DNA from: Vulcanimicrobiota bacterium
GTDB taxonomy: Bacteria > Vulcanimicrobiota > Vulcanimicrobiia > Vulcanimicrobiales > Vulcanimicrobiaceae
Length of the DNA: 64,000 nt
Direction of reading: 5' to 3'
Assembly (NCBI GenBank): GCA_963795855.1
Contig: CAWCIZ010000003.1
Span: 1 to 64,000 of the forward strand
Shown here: positions 1-8,393 of the stretch, piece by piece
Layout: every line of letters starts with the position of its first letter
Position numbering within the stretch: the stretch's first letter is position 1
Notes under the pieces: generated by a model
Seen by the model: the letters and a program-made list of their open reading frames with translations, nothing else
Database searches by the model: none
What the model was told of the DNA's origin: nothing
Made by a program: the position numbers and the translations under genes

Positions 1-309
1 TAACCGGTAAACACCGGTGCATCGCACAAGTTCTCGCGACCGCTCCGGCAGTAGGGGCACGTACCGTCCGTCCCGCCGAGCCACGACACGCCGACCCGTT
101 CGCCGCTTTCGAGTTCGCCGACGATCTGATGCCCGGGAACGATGCGCTCGTGCCGCGGCGGCAGTCTTCATCCACGACGTGTAAATCCGTGCGGCAGACG
201 CCGCACGCGAGCACGCGAAGCAGCACTTCGCCTTCGCCGGGCTTCGGCATGGGCCGCTCTTCGAGCGTCAGCTGCCGCGCGCACCGGCACGGTGCACGAG
301 CGCCTTCAC
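1..309 (-). CDS. Zinc-dependent alcohol dehydrogenase (MDR family), 5' part; runs off window; two apparent frameshifts
   Basis: Manual translation from GTG at 309: MKALVHRAG... / QLTLEERPMPKPGEGEVLLRVLACGVCRTDLHVVD / ...IVPGHQIVG...GERVGVSWLGGTDGTCPYCRSGRENLCDAPVFTG. Contains the catalytic Cys, a GHE-like GHQ and structural-Zn cysteines. Frame changes near 280 and 166. Missing from the ORF track. Confidence 0.85.
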
Positions 310-2128
310 CGCGCGGCGACGACCAGATACACCGCGAATGCCGCGATTCCGAAAATCATGTACGCAACATAATCCGTAAAGATGCCGCTGTGAAGATCCC
401 GCAACAGCCGCAGCGGCGGCTTGAAGATCGGGCTGATCATCTGCGGAATGTGATCGCGGAACAGGCCGGCAAACGCGGCAACAATCGCCGCCGCCGTCAC
501 GCTCAAATTAATCGCGATGTCTTGCGCGGTGCGCGGCTCGAATGGTGCGGCAGGCAGCGGCCGGGCAACGTTGTGCAAAACCGCAGCGACGTAATATTGC
601 CGGTCGACGAACGCCAGCGCCGCTCGAGAAACGGCATGCCAGATGGTGCCGCTCATGCCGATCCACACGGCGATGCCGAGCAGCAGAATCGGAACCGCGA
701 GCATGGTCCACGGCGTGCGCTCGACGCGCTCTCCCTGACACTCCGGCTCTTCTTCCCGCGGCGACTGTCCGGTGATTTGCGCCTTCCCGATCCCGAACGT
801 AACGTGCAATCCCGCTCGCAAAACGGCGCCCGCATCGATCGCCGAGGCAAACGCCATGAACCCTGCAACGGCAAAAAGCGCGCGGTCCTTCATCGCGGCA
901 TCGTACAGTACTTTCGCTGCGGAGATCGCAAAGGGCGGCATGCCCGCAAGCGCCAAACCGCCGATCAAAAAAGCGCGCTGTTCAACGGGGTGCGCGCTCC
1001 TTTTCCGCCGAGCACCTCTTCGTCGAGCGAGCGAAAGCGGTTCAGGTAATTTCCGGCGCAGACGAACAACGCGCTCTTTATCAGGCCATGCGCAAGCACG
1101 AAGAGCGCTGCCGCCGCAGCGCCCGTTGCGTCGAAGAGGCCGATCGCCGCGACGAACATGCCCGAATGGCTTACCGTCGAAAACGCGAGCAATCGTTTCA
1201 GGTGCCGCTGCGCATAGGCCATAATCGCACCGACGAGCGCCGTTGCAATGCCGACCCCGACGAACAGCGCTTTGATTTCATGGGCGTGCGGGCTGAGCGC
1301 TCCGGAAAAGACCGTCCAGTAGATGCGGGCGACGCCGTACAACGCCACCTGCACCATGATGCCGGAAAAAAGAATGCAGATCGGCGTCGGCGCCACCGCA
1401 TGCGCGTCGTCCAGCCAGAAATGAAACGGCACGACGGCGCCCTTCACGAAATAGCCCGCAACGATCAGCGCGAAGGATGCGAGAACCAGCGCGTCGGCCG
1501 GACGCTGCGCAAGGACTTCGCCCAGCTGTGCGAGGTTGAGCGCATCCGTACGGGCGTACAGCAAGCCGATTCCGAGCAGCACGATGAAGCCCGCAATCGT
1601 ATTGGTGACTGCAAGATTGATTGCGCCTTCGATCGCTTCGGCTTCCTCGATTTTGTGCGCGGTCAGCGCTATCGCCGCCGCGCTCATGAGTTCGAACCAA
1701 ACGAACATGTTGAACACGTCGCCGGTCAGCGCGTACCCGCACATCGCCGCCAAGAACGTCAGCAGCAGCGTGTGAAAGAGCGATCCGACGAGATCGAACT
1801 TCACCCACGTATACATCGATGCGGCGAAGACCAGCAGCGCGATGAAGGCCGCGAGCGCCGCCCCCATCGGATCCACCGTAAAACTGATGCCGATCGCCAA
1901 GCCGTGTTTGGGCGTCCACCCGCCCATCCAATGCACGACCGGACCGTGCGCGGCGGTATAGAATACGAGCGCGATCGCCATGCCGCACACTCCTAGCGAC
2001 ACGGCGCTGGTCACGGCGCACGTCAGCCATCGCGGAATGTGCTTGCTGAACGGTGCAAGCAGCGCTGCGACAAGCAGCGGTACGACGGCGCACAGCGGCG
2101 CAAAGGCGTTAGCCGCGCCTGCGCTCAT
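306..2128 (-). CDS. mrpD: Mrp/Mnh antiporter subunit D-like (NuoL/M/N family), about 607 aa; frameshift in T6 run near 967
   Basis: TGDVFNMFVWFELMS, KGAVVPFHFWLDDAHAVAPTP, LKRLLAFSTVSH and HGLIKSALF in ORF 965..2443; continues as IGGLALAGMPPF in ORF 306..968. One more T in CTTTTTTGATC joins the two. Confidence 0.85.
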
Positions 2129-2484
2129 TGGCTCATCGGGCGTAAGCGCTGCGGATCGATCGTCCCGCGACGACGATGGATTTGAATCGTCAGCGCGAGC
2201 ATGAGCGCCGAAACGGTGGCGCCGACGACGATATCCGTGAGCGTGAGCGCGTGTAGGATGGGATCGACCGCCGCGGTTCCCGGCGGATTGGTCGGCGAGA
2301 AAATCGGCGCTCCCGCTTTTGCGTGAAAGTCGATCGAGAGTAGCAGCATGTACGTGGAAGATTGCACCACGGTCAGACACAGCACCGTGTGAATCAGACT
2401 GCGGCTCTGCGTTATGCCGAAGCATCCGATGACGAAAAGCCAAAAGGCGACCGCGTACGGAAAGTACAGCGTCCAGCCGCTCAT
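2125..2484 (-). CDS. mrpC: Mrp/Mnh antiporter subunit C
   Basis: Three hydrophobic segments with VDPILHALTLTDIVVG (DP..QAL.LT.IV motif). ATGA overlaps at both ends. Confidence 0.85.
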   Translation of the reverse strand: MSGWTLYFPYAVAFWLFVIGCFGITQSRSLIHTVLCLTVVQSSTYMLLLSIDFHAKAGAPIFSPTNPPGTAAVDPILHALTLTDIVVGATVSALMLALTIQIHRRRGTIDPQRLRPMSQ

Positions 2485-3236
2485 CCTTCGTCCTCCTCCA
2501 CTTCTCGCGTCTGCTTCAAGAACACTAAGAGCAGCACGACGAATCCGCACGCAATCTCCACGAAGACCGCGCAACTGAGAAAGTAGATCGTTCCGCCGGA
2601 GACGGTAGCGCCGGTCTGTCCGAGCGGCATGATGTTTTTCAGGAACGCGCCGGCTATCCACAGCGCCGCTACGCCGAGAGCGCCGAAAGCAAATGCGCCG
2701 AGCGCTTCGAGCATGTCGAACGTTTCCTTGCGCGCCGCTCGCGTGAGCGCATGCAGTCCGACGCCGAGATAGATACATGCGAGGCCGCTGCCGAAAATCG
2801 CGCCGCCTTGGAATCCGCCGCCCGGCGTGAGCTGCCCGTGGGCGCCCAAGTCCATGCCGAGCGCAGCCAGAAACGCCGTCAAGCCGACCGGGAACCAGCG
2901 AATTGCCCCGGTTTGTCCGCGCGACTGCTCGGATTCCATCGACTCCGGATGCTGCTCCGCAGCGCTCTTGAGACTGCTGAAGATGAACAGCACGCCCGCG
3001 ACGGACGTGAAGAAGATGAACTCCTCGCCAAGCGTGTCGAAACCGCGGTAATCGAAATTCACGGCGGTTGGAACGTTTTCCGAAGCGCGCTCCATCGTCG
3101 CAACGCGCAGCACCATGTCCGTATACGCGCCGGAAAACGAACCGAACGCCGGCAGTCCCGTAGCGGCGTACATCAGCGTCCCGAACGCCACGACCGCGCT
3201 CACGACGTACACCGCCGTTCGAATCCGCGGACTCAT
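2481..3236 (-). CDS. mrpB: Mrp/Mnh subunit B (MnhB domain plus MrpA C-terminal-like segment)
   Basis: NVPTAVNFDYRGFDTLGEE and HGQLTPGGGFQGG motifs. Confidence 0.85.
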   Translation of the reverse strand: MSPRIRTAVYVVSAVVAFGTLMYAATGLPAFGSFSGAYTDMVLRVATMERASENVPTAVNFDYRGFDTLGEEFIFFTSVAGVLFIFSSLKSAAEQHPESMESEQSRGQTGAIRWFPVGLTAFLAALGMDLGAHGQLTPGGGFQGGAIFGSGLACIYLGVGLHALTRAARKETFDMLEALGAFAFGALGVAALWIAGAFLKNIMPLGQTGATVSGGTIYFLSCAVFVEIACGFVVLLLVFLKQTREVEEDEG

Positions 3237-3469
3237 GTTTTGTCGCCGGTCTTCATCAGCGTCACGAGCACCATGAGAGGAACGGCCAGCGTTCCCACGG
3301 CTATTTCGGAGAGTGCGACGTCTGGCGCGTGCAGGACGAAAAACAGCAGCGCAAGCATGACGCCGAACGTCGTGTAGACGAAAAGTTGGTTGACGGGCCG
3401 CTTGCTGAACACGACGGCGGCCCCAAAGAAAGCGACCAGCACGTACAGCACGATCTGGAGCAAACTCAC
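3233..3469 (-). CDS. DUF4040 (MrpA/MbhD-like) small antiporter subunit
   Basis: LHAPDVALSEIAVG motif, about 78 aa, hydrophobic. GTG start overlaps the mrpG stop. Confidence 0.8.
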   Translation of the reverse strand: MSLLQIVLYVLVAFFGAAVVFSKRPVNQLFVYTTFGVMLALLFFVLHAPDVALSEIAVGTLAVPLMVLVTLMKTGDKT

Positions 3470-3753
3470 CGATGCGGCCTCCGCCGGTGGTCCGCAACGG
3501 CAATGGCGTGCGCAGTAATTGGGCCGCCGAGCAACAGGATGACGATAAAACTCACCGTCTTTACCGCGGATACGCCGACGCCCACGTCGATCAGCACGGC
3601 GATCATGGTGAGCAGCGGCAGCGTCACGCTCGTAACGCTCAAGCAGTGCAAAGCCGCGAGATTGTTCTTGCTGCGCAGGATGCCGAGCGCCGAGAGCAGC
3701 GCGAACAGCATCGCGGCGAACAGGATGACGAGCGTGGCGATTTGACGAGCCAT
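3466..3753 (-). CDS. mrpG: Mrp/Mnh subunit G
   Basis: ALGILR...ALH and GPITAHAIA (P..aH.ia motif), 95 aa. Confidence 0.8.
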   Translation of the reverse strand: MARQIATLVILFAAMLFALLSALGILRSKNNLAALHCLSVTSVTLPLLTMIAVLIDVGVGVSAVKTVSFIVILLLGGPITAHAIAVADHRRRPHR

Positions 3754-4019
3754 CAGAGCCAGCGCTCCAGGAAATGACTGTATGCAAAGGTCGCGCCGAG
3801 CGACAACAGCGCCAGCGCGACGCCCAAATCGGCGAATTCCTCGGTGGCAAAAACAATTGAAAGCAGCACGAGCTGCGTTGCGGCAAGCATGCCGACGAGT
3901 TGCAGCGCGATCAGGCGCCGCACCGTGTCGCCGGAAATCAATACCCAGAAGGCGACGGCCATCGGCACGAACAGCAACTCGGCGCCGAAAAGCATGCCGT
4001 TGAACTGGCCGGGAATCAC
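3753..4019 (-). CDS. mrpF: Mrp/Mnh subunit F
   Basis: GDTVRRLIALQL...ADLGVALALLSLGATFAYSHFLER, typical MrpF. GTG start overlaps the mrpE stop. Confidence 0.8.
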   Translation of the reverse strand: MIPGQFNGMLFGAELLFVPMAVAFWVLISGDTVRRLIALQLVGMLAATQLVLLSIVFATEEFADLGVALALLSLGATFAYSHFLERWL

Positions 4020-4483
4020 AGGGGCCACTGCTCCGATTGCCGCGGTTGCTCGGCAGCGACGAGTTGGTGAACGAGCAGGTTGCCGCGCGTGTCGACCTCC
4101 GTGACCAGCGTGTTCGGCGTTGCGCAGATGCCGAAGATGACGAGCGCCTCTCGTCCCATCGTCAGATCGCTCTTGCGATCGCCGGGATCGTACGGAATGC
4201 GTTTCAACATGCCCACGAGCGGTTCGCCGCGCCGGAGCGCCCACACGATTCGCCCGCTGATGACGAACGTGTCGCGAATCATGCCCGCCGGAACCGCAGC
4301 CAAGTGCCGCAGCCAACGCCACTGCACGCGGACGCCCGGCCGCGCGTGCTTGAGCGCCGCGGCCACGATCAAGGTGCACAGGAAGGCGATGATGATCCCG
4401 GCAACAACTTCGCTTGCCGTCTGCGTCACGAACTCGATGACGTAAGCTGAAAGTATCGCAAACCACCAGACCACCCATCGCAT
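4016..4483 (-). CDS. mrpE: Mrp/Mnh subunit E
   Basis: Two N-terminal TM segments, ICATPNTLVTEVD (TPGT-like) and LLVHQL. TATAGT lies 7 nt upstream of ATG 4483; alternative start 4501. Confidence 0.75.
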   Translation of the reverse strand: MRWVVWWFAILSAYVIEFVTQTASEVVAGIIIAFLCTLIVAAALKHARPGVRVQWRWLRHLAAVPAGMIRDTFVISGRIVWALRRGEPLVGMLKRIPYDPGDRKSDLTMGREALVIFGICATPNTLVTEVDTRGNLLVHQLVAAEQPRQSEQWPL

Positions 4484-4499
4484 CACCGACACTATACCC

Positions 4500-5291
4500 A
4501 TGGACCTCGACGCCGCCGCCGCCTATCACGCGCGACACAAACCGCAGGCACTGCTGGTGCGCCGCGCCGGAAAGACGCTGCTCGAAATCTATGACTTCGC
4601 TTTTTCGGCCGATGACGCGCACGCGTTGTATAGCGGAACGAAAAGCTTCTGGGGCGTGACGGCCGTGCTCGCTCAACGCGAGCGCTTGCTTTCGCTCGAC
4701 GAATCCGTATGGCGCGGCGCGACGATTCGCGAGCTGCTCTCGCTGACGGCGGGTGCGCCGTTCGGCGGCCTCGGCTCCGGCGTTCCCACCTTTGAAAAAG
4801 CACTTGCTTCGGAACAGCGCAACGCCCCGGGCAGCAAGTTCACGTACGGTGGTATACCGCTGCAGATATTCGGAGCGGTGTTCGCGCAGCGTCTCCAGTC
4901 GTGCGGCCTGACGCCGCGCGACTTCTTACGCGAACGCATCCTCGATCCTAACCGGATCGCGGTAGCGTCATGGCGGACGTTGAGGGACGGCACGCACCCA
5001 CTGCCGACCGGCGCGTTCCTAAGCGCGAGCAACTGGGCGCGTTATGGAGAATACGTTCTGCACAACGCCGCCGACTACGCGGAGTGCTTTTGCGGCACGC
5101 AAGCAAACCCGCGTTACGGGCTCGGATGGTGGCTGGCGCCCGCCGGCGCTCCGGCCGATCTATTTTACGCGAGCGGTTCCGGCGGCCAAGCGATGTACGC
5201 GGTGCCGTCGCAAGACGTCGTCGCCGTGCGCTTCGGCAGCGGCGGCTCTTTCAATCACGAGGTATTCCTCAAGCGCCTCTTCGCCGCTTAG
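4500..5291 (+). CDS. Serine hydrolase, beta-lactamase/AmpC-like fold
   Basis: YSGTKSF (SxxK), TIRELLSLTAG, PGSKFTY, YGLGWW, SGSGGQ. Confidence 0.8.
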   Translation: MDLDAAAAYHARHKPQALLVRRAGKTLLEIYDFAFSADDAHALYSGTKSFWGVTAVLAQRERLLSLDESVWRGATIRELLSLTAGAPFGGLGSGVPTFEKALASEQRNAPGSKFTYGGIPLQIFGAVFAQRLQSCGLTPRDFLRERILDPNRIAVASWRTLRDGTHPLPTGAFLSASNWARYGEYVLHNAADYAECFCGTQANPRYGLGWWLAPAGAPADLFYASGSGGQAMYAVPSQDVVAVRFGSGGSFNHEVFLKRLFAA

Positions 5292-6529
5292 TTCCCGGCG
5301 AGTTCCTCGAGCGCGACGCGATTGGTTCGAATACCGAACGCGCCTATCGTAACCGCGACGATCGCCATCGCGCACGCAATGACCGAGAAGACGCCTACGG
5401 TCCCGTATACGCGCAGCACCGCCGCGATGATGAAGCCGACGAAAATCGAACTAAAGCGGCTCCACGAGTACACGAAACCAACCGCCTGCGCGCGAATGCG
5501 CGTCGGATACAATTCCGCTTGATACGCGTGAAATGCGCAGGAAAACCAGGCGTTCGCAAGCGTCACCACGATACCGAGCACGACGATCGCCGTCGGAAGT
5601 CGCGCCTGAGAGAAAAGTAAACCGGCTGCCGCAATGACGAGCGATAGCCACACGATCTGCCACTTGCGCTGCCAGCGGTCTGCAGCGCGCATCGCCAACA
5701 GCGGACCGATGGGGTTCACCACCGCCATGATGAACGCATACTCGAGCGACTTGGCAAAACTTACGCCGTGCGACGCAATGAAGATCGGCACCCACGACGT
5801 GAAGCCGTAAAACCCGATCGTTTGCGCGAGGTTGAAGACGACCATCATCGCCGTGCGGCCGCGATATGCGCGGCTCCATATCGCTCTCCACGCATCCGCC
5901 GGATCGCGACGCTCCTTGCGCGCGTGAGCGAGCTGCCAGCGCTCCGACTCCGGCAGACCGCGGCGAAAGAACCAAACGAACGCGCCGCCCGCGGCGCCGA
6001 CCATCGCGACGAACCGCCAACCATCCAAGCCCACGAAATGGTGCGGCACGAGTAGATACGCCAGCAGCGCGGCGATTGGAATCGCTAAATACCCGATGAA
6101 CTGCGAGAATGCAATCCAATATCCCCGCTCGTCTTTGGGTGCAATCTCCGAAATATACGTATCGATGGTGACGAGTTGCACGCCGATGCCCAGGCCCGCA
6201 ATGAAACGCCACAGATCCACTGCGGCTGCGCTGTGCATGAATGCCATGACCAGCGTCGCAGCCGAGTACCAAACGAGCGAATACGTGAATGTGGCCCTGC
6301 GTCCGAACCGATCGGAGATCCAACTGAAGACCAGCGTTCCGAAGAACATGCCGGCGAAACCGGCCGCGACGAAACTTGCAAAGCCGCGCAGCGCAAACGC
6401 CGACGGCGCCGTTGCGACAAACAAGCCCTCGCGAATCATTCCGAGCGAAATGTATGCCGTCATGAACAGATCGTAGAGTTCGAACCAGCCGCCGGCGGAT
6501 ATGCGAAGGACGGCACTTCTTACGTTCAT
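5288..6529 (-). CDS. MFS transporter (sugar/aromatic acid type)
   Basis: WISDRFGRR motif A, LPESERW, AELYPTRIRA; about 12 TM segments. Confidence 0.9.
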   Translation of the reverse strand: MNVRSAVLRISAGGWFELYDLFMTAYISLGMIREGLFVATAPSAFALRGFASFVAAGFAGMFFGTLVFSWISDRFGRRATFTYSLVWYSAATLVMAFMHSAAAVDLWRFIAGLGIGVQLVTIDTYISEIAPKDERGYWIAFSQFIGYLAIPIAALLAYLLVPHHFVGLDGWRFVAMVGAAGGAFVWFFRRGLPESERWQLAHARKERRDPADAWRAIWSRAYRGRTAMMVVFNLAQTIGFYGFTSWVPIFIASHGVSFAKSLEYAFIMAVVNPIGPLLAMRAADRWQRKWQIVWLSLVIAAAGLLFSQARLPTAIVVLGIVVTLANAWFSCAFHAYQAELYPTRIRAQAVGFVYSWSRFSSIFVGFIIAAVLRVYGTVGVFSVIACAMAIVAVTIGAFGIRTNRVALEELAGN

Positions 6530-6578
6530 GCGCCGTAGTACTCTAGGGACATTGCTAAACCCTCAAGAAGCTCGCCCT

Positions 6579-7326
6579 ATGCCGCACCTTCGAATTGGGA
6601 CTGCGGGCTGGCGCATTGCGACGCAGCACGGCGCCGCTTTCGTCGCAGGCGAATCCCACCTCGAACGATACGCAACCGTTTTCTCGTGCGTGGAAATCAA
6701 CAGTTCGTTTCATCGGCCGCATCGTCCGTCAACGTACGCGCGTTGGGCCGCAAGCGTCCCTGCGGGGTTTCGTTTCTCGCTGAAAATCCCCAAGGAGATC
6801 ACGCATAAGCGTAAACTCGTCGACTTCGACGACCTTCTTCAGACGTTCTTGGACGACACGAAGCAACTCGGTGACGCGCTCGGCCCGTACATCGTGCAGT
6901 TGGCGCCAAGTCTCGCGTTCGAGGACGCGGTCGCAACGGCATTTTTCAGAGGGTTTCGGGACGCGTTCGGCGGCGGCATCGCGTGCGAGCCGCGCCACGG
7001 GTCGTGGTTTACGCCGGAGGCATCGGTACTACTCGAGCGCTTCCGGGTTACGCGCATCGGGTCAGACCCGGCATCGGCGCCCGGAAGCGAGGTCAGCGCG
7101 TCCTTCGGCGGCTTCGCGTACTACCGCTGGCACGGCTCGCCGCGCACGTACTACTCGGAGTACGGCGAGGAACGTCTGCGCGCATTCGCGCAGTCTGTTG
7201 CGCGAGACTTCCGGAAAAGCGTGGTGCATCTTCGACAATACGGCGATGGACGCAGCGCTCCCGGATGCGCTGCTGTTCCAGCGCCTTACTGCAGCGCAGC
7301 CCGAAACGCCGCCTCGCCCTCAGTAG
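6579..7326 (+). CDS. DUF72 (YecE-like) protein; frameshift near 7195-7205
   Basis: IGTAGW, VEINSSFHRP, FRFSLKIPKEITH, CEPRHGSWF, YYRWHGSP. The conserved C-terminus AWCIFDNTA is in the 6871..7326 frame. Confidence 0.85.
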
Positions 7327-8392
7327 CGAGCGTCTGATACAGCGCTACCGCAGATTTTTTTGCCAAGACCTCGTGGCGAAACCAAAGCGACGCATCGATC
7401 GCGCGCAAACGCGGCACGACCTCACGTACCGCCGGTATCGTCAGCACGTAGTCATGATCGCTCAGGTGACTCACGAACGTTTCGATCGGCGGCAGCGCGG
7501 CGAGTGCATATCCGTCCGCGGTCTTTTTCACCAGACCAAACTCCACCGGATCGACGCCGGCGATCAGCGCGGAGGCCCGGCACCACGTAACGACTTTGCG
7601 TTCGTCGCCGAGCGACGGCGCGGCGTGCGCGCTCAGCAGAACCGTCACGAAACGCGCGTCGTGTCCGCGCGCGATTGCCTCCGCTCCCGAAAGGCAATGA
7701 TGGCCGCCCGTCTCGCCGATCGAGAGTTCGGGAAGCAGCGTGCCGTTGTCGTTGAATTGAAAGACCACGGTCTTCGTGATGTCGTGATAGAGCGCCGCCG
7801 CCACGACGACGTCTCGATTCACGCGCGCGGCATCCTCGAAATACAGCGCGTCGTACGTGCGTTGGAAGTTCGCCGCCATCGTTGCGTTGAAAAGTTCGTG
7901 GATCAGCAAGCCGCCGGGATAGCTGTGATGGGAGTTCAGGTCGCTTCCCGCCGCGCTCCAGAAGGGCTGAATGATGCCTCCGGTCTGCGTTCCGGGCGGA
8001 AAGATGCCGGAAACAGGCGCGTCTGCCGCGACGAACCCTTCTCGCGCCAGCGCGTCGCGCAGCAGTGCGCGAGATTCGGGCGTCGGGTACTTACGCGCGT
8101 AGCGGGGCGCCGGATCTTCGAGCAATTGCTGCACCTGCGTTCGTAAGCGCGCATCGCCGATCGTTTGCACGAGGTGCAAAACCGCCGCGTATTTCGCTTG
8201 CACGAACGCAGATTCGCGGGCGATCGTCGCCGCGCGCGCGTTGCCTGCTCGCAGTCCGCCGGGTATCGGCGGAAGCGGAGCCGTAGCCGCAGATGCCGGC
8301 GGAGATGCGAATATGGGAGCGGCGGCCGCGCCGGCCGCCGCTAAGAACGAGGCGCGCGATAACACCGCGCCGCGTTTCACCTCGACGCACAT
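7286..8392 (-). CDS. HD-domain metal-dependent phosphohydrolase with Tat-like signal
   Basis: HHSYPGGLLIHE, ALYHDITK, GGHH, HLSDHD. N-terminal LSRASFLAAAGAAAA...ASA. True start may be GTG 8380 or 8365. Confidence 0.7.
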   Translation of the reverse strand: MCVEVKRGAVLSRASFLAAAGAAAAPIFASPPASAATAPLPPIPGGLRAGNARAATIARESAFVQAKYAAVLHLVQTIGDARLRTQVQQLLEDPAPRYARKYPTPESRALLRDALAREGFVAADAPVSGIFPPGTQTGGIIQPFWSAAGSDLNSHHSYPGGLLIHELFNATMAANFQRTYDALYFEDAARVNRDVVVAAALYHDITKTVVFQFNDNGTLLPELSIGETGGHHCLSGAEAIARGHDARFVTVLLSAHAAPSLGDERKVVTWCRASALIAGVDPVEFGLVKKTADGYALAALPPIETFVSHLSDHDYVLTIPAVREVVPRLRAIDASLWFRHEVLAKKSAVALYQTLATEGEAAFRAALQ

Positions 8393-8393
8393 G

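Noticed and set aside
268..270. In-frame TGA early in the ADH gene as possible selenocysteine or read-through
   Set aside because: The conserved sequence continues in a different frame, so this is an indel rather than read-through.
965..972. Programmed frameshift or phase variation at the T6 run in mrpD
   Set aside because: Short run with no evident stimulatory structure, and many similar indels across the window favour sequencing error.
4500..5291. Beta-lactamase as an antibiotic-resistance gene
   Set aside because: Only SxxK is clear. YxN reads YGG, there is no KTG and no signal peptide, so it is a generic serine hydrolase.
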